A stretch of 64,000 bases of DNA from Candidatus Cloacimonadales bacterium (GTDB taxonomy: Bacteria; Cloacimonadota; Cloacimonadia; Cloacimonadales; DAONDQ01), in assembly GCA_963662275.1 (NCBI GenBank), contig OY759316.1:1312001-1376000 (forward strand), in the 5' to 3' direction. Below, piece by piece: positions 33,552 to 42,239 of this stretch. Numbering within the stretch: position 1 is the first letter of the stretch; every line of letters begins with the position of its first letter. A program made the translations under genes and the position numbers. A model generated the notes under the pieces. That model made no database searches. It was not told the DNA's origin and worked only from the letters and a program-made list of their open reading frames with translations.

Positions 33552-33610
33552 GTTCATACCTGTTTCATACCTGTTTCATACCTGTTTCAATCCTGTTTCA
33601 TTCCTGTTTC
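33552..33610. repeat. 11-bp tandem repeat TTCATACCTGT, about 5 copies
   Basis: ttcatacctgt x3, then ttcaatcctgt and ttcattcctgt. Confidence 0.85.
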
Positions 33611-33964
33611 GAGAAATTGGTATGAGATAGGATTAATATTTGTTTGAACTTGCTATATATCAAGTATACACTTTGAGGAAAGATGTCGGTGTATGGTGGA
33701 GATTAGGATGATTATATGGTTATATTATGGATGATCATATTATGGAATTGTCGAGGAACGAGTCCGAATGACGTTACTCTATCAGCCCAGGAAGTCCCTA
33801 CTGGGAAAAGTAGGGGTCCGCGTCAGCAGACACATTCTGGTTCGGAGTCCGGTAGGACGGAACAAGACGGTAGCGCTTACTTTAGGAGGTTTTTTCTTTG
33901 TGGTCACTGCTTCAGCATGCGGGTAATGTTCTTTAGGTCATTGTCTGCCGTCCTGTGAGCTACC

Positions 33965-34163
33965 GGAACGCCTGACCCCGTCAGGTGGCATAACGCACCC
34001 CGTGCGTTTCAATATTCCAACAGAAGCAGGATCGGCATCCTGCTCTACAACCGCGTGAATGCGGAGCTACGTAACAGCAGGATCGGCATCCTGCTCTACA
34101 AAGAAGGCAACCTGAAGGATGCCACTACCAAAGAAAGACAGTAAGAACGGCATCTTACTTTAC
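33965..34163. repeat. Composite REP mosaic (BIME-like), left flank of the CARF/HK/REC trio
   Basis: GGAACGCCTGACCCCGTCAGGTGGCA...GCACCCCGTGCGTTTC; AGCAGGATCGGCATCCTGCTCTAC x2; ACCGCGTGAATGCGGAGCTAC; AACCTGAAGGATGCCACTACC. The same modules recur at 39733-40175. Confidence 0.8.
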
Positions 34164-35260
34164 TGAATAATCTCCATCGCCTTATCATACCATACTATCA
34201 CTTCGCAGATCTGAGCTAAAAGAGATTGCATTGTATAGATGCTTATGTTTGCAATATTAGCATTTGAAATATTTACGCCTTTACTGAGACTATGAACACC
34301 ACATTCACTTGTAATATCATATATTGAAGCAAGTGCATTGCGAATGATAGAATTATAACTGATATTCTTTTTTAGATTATAAGCAGGAAGTCCAGATCCT
34401 TCAACGACTTTACCTTGATAATATCTTCCATTGATAAATTGCATAATCTTCAGCAATTGTGTTTTCTCTGAATTCCAATAATCAGCATTATATTCCCCCA
34501 TTCCAAAAGCAAGGGAATGTAAAATGTTTTCACATAGATTACGCAATAGGAATAAAAATTCGCTTCTTTTATCAGATGAATGATATCTTATCATATCAAT
34601 GAATTTATCAACCATCTCTTCACCTAATTCAAATCTAAGTATTGAACATTGTAAAAGATATTGATTTTCTATATTCATTGATTCAGAATCATTAATAGCT
34701 TTTATGATTTTACCTTCAGCTTCTGAACCTTTTATAATTACCCGTTCTATGCTGAATTGCTTAGTATCTATAAAGTGATCCAGTTTATGAATTCCTTCCG
34801 GAATATATGGATGAGCTGTGAGAAAGAATATTTTACATAAATTATCATGGTTTTTAATAAATAATAAAAATGCAAGAATGTCACCTTCTCTTTCCATATG
34901 TCCATCGACTATACTCTGAGCATCTCCAATTCCACTTTCTTTGAGAATTTCTAGGATATTTGGAATTTCAGCATGATATTTCCTACTATAGAGATTTCGA
35001 TCAATAATGAAAAGCTCATATTTATGACTTTCGTTTGTGATTTTTTTTATTGCTTCAGGGAATGAATAGCAAATTTCTAACTTACTAATTTCCTTACAGG
35101 CATCTATTATGTTATCTGCATTATTAAGGGCATTATTTTCTTCGATTTCGGTTAAGCGCTTCAATACCTTTTCGTTGCCTTTCATTAGTGTTTTAAAAAA
35201 TGTCTTAATTGTTGCTATATTTTTCGTAATTTCATCTTCTATATAAAGAATTTTACTCAT
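34160..35260 (-). CDS. Atypical receiver-domain protein with unknown C-terminal effector (DUF4145/HEPN-like pattern, tentative)
   Basis: Start reassigned to ATG 35260 (GGAGG RBS, overlaps the upstream stop). Receiver motifs MSKILYIEDE..LFIIDRNL..FFLTAH..IIKG with insertions. C-terminal LRNLCENIL...RNALASIYDITSECGVH. Confidence 0.65.
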   Translation of the reverse strand: MSKILYIEDEITKNIATIKTFFKTLMKGNEKVLKRLTEIEENNALNNADNIIDACKEISKLEICYSFPEAIKKITNESHKYELFIIDRNLYSRKYHAEIPNILEILKESGIGDAQSIVDGHMEREGDILAFLLFIKNHDNLCKIFFLTAHPYIPEGIHKLDHFIDTKQFSIERVIIKGSEAEGKIIKAINDSESMNIENQYLLQCSILRFELGEEMVDKFIDMIRYHSSDKRSEFLFLLRNLCENILHSLAFGMGEYNADYWNSEKTQLLKIMQFINGRYYQGKVVEGSGLPAYNLKKNISYNSIIRNALASIYDITSECGVHSLSKGVNISNANIANISIYTMQSLLAQICEVIVWYDKAMEIIQ

Positions 35261-37844
35261 TTGACCTCCAATAATCTTGAAATGTAATCGTAAAAGAATA
35301 CAAATTATTATTTTCACTAATGATTGGTTTGCAGTCGAGAACCTTCGTAAAATTCTCAATGACGACTTGCCCAATTCCAGTAGTTTTTGCTTTAATTTCC
35401 GGATTGTAAGAATTTAGAATATTTAGAGTTAATAAACCATCATGTTCAATCAATTCAATATGCAGTTTTCTTTGTTTGAAAAGGACATATGAACAGTACT
35501 TAACAGCATTAAATATGATTTCTTGGAACAAGATTAACAATTTAATAGCAGAACTTTTTACATTCCCTATTTTGTAGCTATCAATTCCCACAAGTGTAAT
35601 TCGTAAATCAAAGAAAAATCGACGAATAAAAGTCGTTATTTTCTCTATATCATCTGTTTGCGACACAGCATGCCACTCATGAGCTATGCTTTGAGTTAGA
35701 TTTTCTTCTGGAAAATAATTCTCATTAAATTCTGAGAAGTACATTTTATCAAACATATTTCCAATCGAATAGATAAGACTATTGATAATCATGGATTTTA
35801 AGGATATAGCACTTTTCCCAGGATTATTAATGTCAAAGATCAAATCGTCAATTGCAATCGAAAAAGATGAATTAATTGAATTTACAATCTCATATATCAG
35901 ATTAGTTCCTCGCAAGGCATTTTCAATAATGTTAACCTTCCCAGGTACTTCTTCTTTCAAATTGCTCAAGGGACGGCTTACTGAGACTAATAAATTTTTA
36001 ATACTATGTGATAGATTTGACATAATACGGTTGCGTTCCTTTTCTTTAGCAGTGTGGATTTGCTGATTTAACTCATTAGTTAGTTGTTTTTGAATTTGAA
36101 ATACTAGCTTAAGAAAAAATACAAGCTCAACTTCAGATAATTTATGACTTAATCCAATACACCATTCCAACAATTCGCTTTTTATCGAGATTTCTTTATA
36201 GATCTTACCATATTCGGAGGTTTTCACGATCTTTGTTTTATCAGTATCCCATTTTTTCTGTATTTTTAAAAATTCCGGATAGATATTATCTTTGAAATTG
36301 TCATCACTAAGCAACTTTTGTGAATCGGTGGGTTGTTTAGTTTCGAAATCTGCATTGATAAAAAGCTTAGATAACAACATTATATATGGTTCTATCGTCA
36401 TTTTATCGTAAGGAATTTCGCACGAAAAAAAAGAATTTATGTCATACTTTCCCTCAGGAGGTAACGCACTTAAAATGTAGTCATCAAGAGTACGAATGTC
36501 AAGATGTGGTGATTTTTTGTTAGTTGATCTTTTTTTAAGAGAAAACATGACAGAATTGTACAACTTCTCAGACGAGAATGATTGTAAAATTCCTGTTGCT
36601 TCGGTCATTTTTCCTATATTAATACAAGCTCCCATATACAACCAATCGATATATGCGTTTGTAGTTTTGATGAACTCTTGGTAAAAGGAAATAATTGCTT
36701 CAAAGAATTTCTCACTATATAGTTCAATAAATAGTTGATCTATATCTTGATACTCTTCATCTATGATTTTTGTTAATTCTACCCTTGCTTGGGCAAAGTT
36801 TCCAGTTCTTAAAAAAAATAGCACTTTCTCCCAAACAGGTGTATGTCCATTTCGTTCATAAGATATATTCAAGGCTTCATAAGCTTCATCATTGCGTTTG
36901 AGCGACAAAAGAATATAATATTTATCTAAATAGACATCGCCGATATCTTCATATTCCTGGAATTTAGCAAGCAATGTATTCATTGCACTTAAAGCATCAT
37001 CAAATTCATTAAATCGTTCACATAATTTGTATTTATGCTCAAGCATTTTATAACTGTCAGGATTCAGCGATATTGCTATGTCACATGCATTGATGGCTTC
37101 TTGTATTCGATTCAAAACCTCCAGGATAGAGCTTTTTGTAAAATATAAGTCACCATTTTCCGATTGAATAGTGATGGCTTTTTCAATAGAAACCAAAGCA
37201 TTATCATATTTTCTGAGTCTTCGTAGGATTAGACACTGCTGTTTATATAATTCAATGTCGTTTGGGATTAAAGCAATCGCATCGTTGATAATATCAAGGG
37301 CTTCCTGCTCTTTATTTTCATATAAGAGGATATTAGAGTGTAAAATATAATAATTTGGTTTTGATTGATCTAATAAAATTGCCTGCTTAATTTCTGCTAA
37401 AGAATTTAGTAAGAATTGGTTTTTGTCGAGCATATAATCGGATTTTGTTTCACTTACCTGACCGGTCATTTCTTTAAAATCCAGTTCAAACTCGATTTTG
37501 CCGGAACTATCTTTTGCTAGTTCTAAACAAATCTCTGCTTTACAGGAGTGATAGATTGCAAGAGATTCGCAGTCCAATGCAATGTTGATATTTTCAAGAG
37601 CTTGATGCAGAAGATCATTCTTTGCCAATGATCTCATCTTCATTCCATACTTTTCATACTCTTTATAATTATGTTTGCCTAATAAAAACACAGCCTTGGC
37701 ATAATAACAACCAGATAGCGGGCAGAGTTTAATCGCTTCATCAATAGTATCCAAAGCTAAATCTATATCCCCTTTTCTATATATTTCAAAGGCTTTGAGA
37801 CTCAGATCAAAACTCTGTTTATGGGTATCTATTGTTTTTTTCAT
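35253..37844 (-). CDS. Cytoplasmic TPR-repeat protein with C-terminal atypical histidine-kinase (HisKA/GHKL-like) domain
   Basis: Many TPR-like helices (ALD.I..AI.L.P). H-box LSHSIKNLL; N-box QEIIFNAVKY; ILNS..KTTGIG in place of canonical G1/G2. No signal peptide or TM segment seen. Confidence 0.7.
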   Translation of the reverse strand: MKKTIDTHKQSFDLSLKAFEIYRKGDIDLALDTIDEAIKLCPLSGCYYAKAVFLLGKHNYKEYEKYGMKMRSLAKNDLLHQALENINIALDCESLAIYHSCKAEICLELAKDSSGKIEFELDFKEMTGQVSETKSDYMLDKNQFLLNSLAEIKQAILLDQSKPNYYILHSNILLYENKEQEALDIINDAIALIPNDIELYKQQCLILRRLRKYDNALVSIEKAITIQSENGDLYFTKSSILEVLNRIQEAINACDIAISLNPDSYKMLEHKYKLCERFNEFDDALSAMNTLLAKFQEYEDIGDVYLDKYYILLSLKRNDEAYEALNISYERNGHTPVWEKVLFFLRTGNFAQARVELTKIIDEEYQDIDQLFIELYSEKFFEAIISFYQEFIKTTNAYIDWLYMGACINIGKMTEATGILQSFSSEKLYNSVMFSLKKRSTNKKSPHLDIRTLDDYILSALPPEGKYDINSFFSCEIPYDKMTIEPYIMLLSKLFINADFETKQPTDSQKLLSDDNFKDNIYPEFLKIQKKWDTDKTKIVKTSEYGKIYKEISIKSELLEWCIGLSHKLSEVELVFFLKLVFQIQKQLTNELNQQIHTAKEKERNRIMSNLSHSIKNLLVSVSRPLSNLKEEVPGKVNIIENALRGTNLIYEIVNSINSSFSIAIDDLIFDINNPGKSAISLKSMIINSLIYSIGNMFDKMYFSEFNENYFPEENLTQSIAHEWHAVSQTDDIEKITTFIRRFFFDLRITLVGIDSYKIGNVKSSAIKLLILFQEIIFNAVKYCSYVLFKQRKLHIELIEHDGLLTLNILNSYNPEIKAKTTGIGQVVIENFTKVLDCKPIISENNNLYSFTITFQDYWRSNE

Positions 37845-38002
37845 AACAACCTCTTTATATTACTTTGTTAATTGCCATACAGACTGATAACAAGTAATTT
37901 ATGTTCCAGTGAAGTCATTAAAGCCTAAAACTTACATTATCAATGGAATAGCAAAGTAAACAGGTAATCCTAATTTATTATTACGTAAATATCTTTACCA
38001 TC

Positions 38003-39472
38003 CTACGTAACATCTTTTACTTTCTTCAGCCTTGCTCGGAATGTATGCGGTTCCAATCCAAGTAATTTGGCAGCTTGGGTGGCATTTCCATTAGCTTTCT
38101 TTAAGGCTGACTGGTAGATGGAGGGAAGTATGATATTTTCTAGGTCTATTCCTTCAATGGGTATTTCAATGTTGAATTTATCGGAATGAGTCTCTTGAAT
38201 CAGGATATCTTTCGCTTCGACGGTATCGTTCAGGCTGTTGATGTAGGAAAGACGCACAACGCTCTTCAATTCACGGATATTACCAGTCCAGCGGTGTTTG
38301 AGTATTTTCTTTTCAGCAGCGGAGGAGAAATGCTTCTGTTCATGATTCTGCTGGCTGTATTCGGAAAGGAAATGATTTGCCAGCAGGATGATATCAGTGG
38401 CTCTATCACGTAGCGGGGGAATATACAATTCAGCCTGCACAATACGGTAGTACAGATCTTCCCTGAATGTCTTTTCTTTTATCATTTCAGATAGATTCCT
38501 GTTGCTTGCTGAGATGAGACGCACATCGATCTTCTTCGATTTACCGCCGACAGGCTGGATGGTTTGCGTTTCCAGGACTCTCAGCAGTTTGGTCTGCATG
38601 GATAAAGGCAGATCACCAATTTCATCGAGGAAGAGTGTGCCTCCGTCTGCTACAGAGAAATGACCTTCATGATCTGCAATGGCACTGGTGAAAGAGCCTT
38701 TCTTATGTCCGAAGAATTCGCTTTCAAAGAGACTTTCACTGATTGATCCGCAGTTTACAGCCACAAACGGCTTTTCCTTGCGTGCTGAATTGTAATGCAG
38801 GCACCTGGCAGCAAGCTCTTTACCTGTTCCGCTTTCACCGCCAATGAAGACTGGAATATCATACCTGGCATAGCGTGATATCCTTTCCTTCAATTCAATG
38901 ATGGAAGGATGTTCGCCAATGATCTCGTCATATTCGAGAAGCAGTTTATTCTTGAGAATGACATTTTCACGAGATAGCCTGGTCATCTCAGTCTTGATAG
39001 ATTTATCGTCAGCTATTTTGGGGAAGTCATCCAAACTGAAGGCTATTTCCTTAATTCCGATCTCCCTGGAGCTTTGAATCAGCTTTGCCTTAATTACACC
39101 GCCCTGCACAATAAAAAGCCAACAGGCATGCATCGTTGGCGTTCCAGAGGTAACAGAAATCGTGTATTCGACTTCGTTCGTCCCTTCATTCTTCAATATG
39201 GATTTCACTGCCAGGACCATAGCCGGATAGACGGTATTATAATCTGTGGGATCGATGGAAAGAGCGGGTTCGTAATGTACTTTCAGAGCAGGATGGTTCT
39301 TTTTGCAGTACACCAGGATTTCGGAGGCATAAGGAAGGTATTTGTCGCTGTTATAGAGAATATACAGATCATCGTAAGACATACTCTCCAATATGCTGAG
39401 AATTGCGCCTTTCTTGTTATCGCTTAAGAAGCAGTCATTATTTCCGATGAAACTAAGGAGTATCTTTTTCAT
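38003..39472 (-). CDS. RtcR-like sigma54 activator: CARF-like sensor, AAA+ and HTH
   Basis: N-terminal ILLSFIGNND...DPTDY...ISVTSGTPTMHACW (CARF/RtcR-like); GESGTGKE; ESEFFGHKKGSFTSA; LFLDEIGD; WTGNIREL; NATQAAKLLGL HTH. Confidence 0.85.
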   Translation of the reverse strand: MKKILLSFIGNNDCFLSDNKKGAILSILESMSYDDLYILYNSDKYLPYASEILVYCKKNHPALKVHYEPALSIDPTDYNTVYPAMVLAVKSILKNEGTNEVEYTISVTSGTPTMHACWLFIVQGGVIKAKLIQSSREIGIKEIAFSLDDFPKIADDKSIKTEMTRLSRENVILKNKLLLEYDEIIGEHPSIIELKERISRYARYDIPVFIGGESGTGKELAARCLHYNSARKEKPFVAVNCGSISESLFESEFFGHKKGSFTSAIADHEGHFSVADGGTLFLDEIGDLPLSMQTKLLRVLETQTIQPVGGKSKKIDVRLISASNRNLSEMIKEKTFREDLYYRIVQAELYIPPLRDRATDIILLANHFLSEYSQQNHEQKHFSSAAEKKILKHRWTGNIRELKSVVRLSYINSLNDTVEAKDILIQETHSDKFNIEIPIEGIDLENIILPSIYQSALKKANGNATQAAKLLGLEPHTFRARLKKVKDVT

Positions 39473-39732
39473 TATCCTCCCAAAAACTAATTTCGAAGTG
39501 CGAAGTAAAAGAACAAACTCATCCGTCAGATGACCTCCCTACCCTCCTTCCCAAGGAGGGAAGTGCCACCACTTCGACTACGCTCATTGCAGCGCTTCCC
39601 TTTAACCAAAGGGAAGGACTAAATAGGTGTATGATGATAGCAGGGCGGGAAGGGCATTTGTTTGTCAAGAAGTTTGAGGAAGACACCAATACAACCCCCC
39701 TTTAATCCCCCCTCGGGGAGGGGGGTATTTAA

Positions 39733-40175
39733 CGGAACGCCTGACCCCGTCAGGTGGCAAAAAGCACCCCGTGCGTTTCTATCTCCAAGCTGAAGCAGGC
39801 TCAACAAAGAAGCAACCTGAAGGATGCCACTACCAAAGAAAGACAGTAGGATCGGCATCCTACTCAACAAAGAAGCAACCTGAAGGATGCCACTACCAAA
39901 GAAAGACAGTAGGATCGGCATCCTACTCAACAAAGAAGCAACCTGAAGGATGCCACTACCAAAGAAAGACAGTAGGATCGGCATCCTGCACACAACCGTC
40001 TAAAGGCGGAGCTACGAAGACCAACCGCGTGAATGCGGAGCTACGAATCAGCAAGAACGGCGTCTTGCTTTACAACCGCGTGAATGCGGAGCTACGAATC
40101 AGCAAGAACGGCGTCTTGCTTTACAACCGCGTGAATGCGGAGCTACTCTTCAGCAGGAACGGTGTCCTGCTCTAC
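39733..40175. repeat. Composite REP mosaic with 3x63-bp and 3x51-bp tandem units, right flank of the CARF/HK/REC trio
   Basis: Header GGAACGCCTGACCCCGTCAGGTGGCA as at 33965; 63-bp units at 39801, 39864 and 39927; 51-bp units at 40022, 40073 and 40124. Confidence 0.85.
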
Positions 40176-40206
40176 TCAAATTATCTCCAGAAGTAAGTGC
40201 TACAGA

Positions 40207-42067
40207 GAGACTGTTCAGGCAGTTATTCATAAGATACAACAATTTAGGAAGTATCAAGTTGAAAAAAGTGGTCGAAACGGTCATAATTTAACATACCTTC
40301 CAGAATTGACAGATAAGCTCTGCTAAGGACACCAAATCACAAGTTAAGCTTTTTGACTAAAAATATCAAACACGCGAGTATAAGTAATTTCTCGAAGTCG
40401 TTTCTGACTATAAGTGTATCTAAAATCATATAAAATAGTTCTTTACATGTTTATTGCTATAGCTTCAATGGCATTTGTTACCTGGTAACAAAAGGGAGGA
40501 TATTATGACAAAAAAACACTCCAATTCAAGAAGCTGTAAGTGTCAGTCATGAAAGTAACCAATACTATGTAAGTATTAACGTACCATGTTCATTTTGTTT
40601 GCCTGAAACGACATCCAACCACAAGTTCTTAATAGCGTTTCTACGCTTATTAGTAGGAATAGGCGGAGACAACCTCCTTACACTTCAGCAAATAGCTGAT
40701 CTGTTTAACTACGCAGACCGCAGGAATGTACATAATTTCTGGCAAGAGTTTGAGCAGCATGGTCATGATATCCTGGCATATTTAAGCCGGAAAGTTGACC
40801 TGCTGGAGTGTATTCCTCAGATCGAGAATTTTGTTATCAATAACCTGCTTTTACCTTTAAATGTCATGTATCAGGAGTTCATCAGCCATCATGATTTTAA
40901 AATGTCCTATACCACTTTCTGCAAATATGCTTCTCAGGTCAATTCTCTGTCTGTAGTTAAGCAAGCTCAGAAGCTTCTTCTGAAAAAGACAGTAGGCGGT
41001 GATGCTGTACATCTGCTGAAACTGCTTGCCGGTCAGCAGAATACACCTGTTATCTGTGACAGACTCCTGGAACAAATGAAGACTGCTAAAGGCAATACAT
41101 CCCATAGAACCGCCGATGCAAAGCCGTTCCATAGTCTGGAACGCAAGAACCTGTGTCTGCTGGTACATTACCTGGTTGGAAGCGGTATGAACTTCGAGAC
41201 GATAGCTTTGCTGCTCAACACCTGTAAAGCTACAGTCTCAAATCTCTGGCATGAAATCGCTGACCTGCAGAGCCTGATTCTGAACTCAATCGGTAAGTGG
41301 AGCGGAAAGATCAGCATTGATGAGAAATATGTGAAGATCAAAGGTATTCCGTACTATGTCATCAGTATTGTTGATTTTGTGACTCACATCCCTCTGTTTT
41401 GTGAGTTGTATCCTGACACAAAGAAAGAATCATTCGAAGCATGTTTCAGAACCTTCAGACAGCTCTACAGGAAAGATCCAACCCTGATTGTCAGTGATGG
41501 CAGTAAATCGTTAGCAGTTGCAAGAAAAACAGTGTTTCCAAAAGTCCATTACCAACTCTGTAAGTTCCATAAGATACGAAATCTCTTCAAAAGAATCAGT
41601 CAATGTCATCTCCCTGAAGACAGGGACAAGTTCTTTAAGAAGAGGATTATGAAAGCTTTCCGAAGAGAAACGGCGGGCGGAAGGAAAAAGGGTATCGCAA
41701 GCCTGACAGCTATTACTCCCCCAACCGCCGCCGAATACATCAAAAGCAATATCATTAGTGATTGGAGACACCTCAGCAAAGGTTTGACTTCCAATGTCTC
41801 TGAACGCTGGAACCGCAAAATCAAGAAGGTGACATCCGGTAGATTTGGACTAAAATCTGAAGAAACCACCCGCAACCTTGTGTTTTCGCTTTGGTTCAAA
41901 GAACTGGTCGATAAAGGTCAACCAATCATGCGTCAGGAATCACTTTTAGCCAGTTTAAATATCTCCCGCATATGTCAAGAAAATGTGGATTGGTCGCACT
42001 TAGACCACTTTTTCTCTGTCACTACCAATAAGGCTGCGTAAAATGGAGGTTAATTTTGAACAGTCTC
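40207..42067 (+). mobile_element. Complete insertion sequence (1861 bp) with terminal inverted repeats and 8-bp target-site duplication
   Basis: IRL GAGACTGTTCA at 40207; IRR TGAACAGTCTC ending at 42067; direct repeat GCTACAGA at 40199-40206 and 42068-42075; encodes a DDE transposase. Confidence 0.93.
40505..42041 (+). CDS. DDE transposase (IS6/ISH6/IS256-like motifs); RBS-linked start is out of frame across an A7 run
   Basis: SIDEKYVKIKG..YVISIVD; IVSDG; HYQLCKFH; TSNVSERWN. GGGAGG-ATG at 40505 is followed by A7; the long frame opens at 40509 (the ORF track starts it at TTG 40599). Confidence 0.85.
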
Positions 42068-42239
42068 GCTACAGATTAACAATTTGCCGGTCAAAAAAGT
42101 CATTGACAACTTCAATTCTCATTCTGATTTGTTACCCTTAAAATAATTATCTTGGAATGAGAAACATAAGTGTTTGGCTATAGTGCTTTTGTGAATGAGA
42201 ATTACTGACTCGACATAAATGAAAAGAAGGGAGTAATGT

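Noticed and set aside
33244..33630. 128-aa and 70-aa ORFs with LERCFQTA repeats
   Set aside because: They are translations of the 31-bp tandem repeat (period not divisible by 3), with no convincing RBS.
33670..33960. Possible structured ncRNA (RNase P, SRP or intron fragment)
   Set aside because: Only isolated hairpins are present, one resembling the repeat at 25313; hallmark motifs such as GAGGAAAGTCC are absent.
37893..37910. Sigma54 promoter for the TPR kinase gene (minus strand TGGAACATAAATTAC)
   Set aside because: The -12 element reads TTAC rather than TTGC; suggestive given the adjacent activator but too weak to call.
39619..40326. ORFs 39619-39993, 39771-40196 and 40135-40326
   Set aside because: They are translations of REP mosaics and the IS end.
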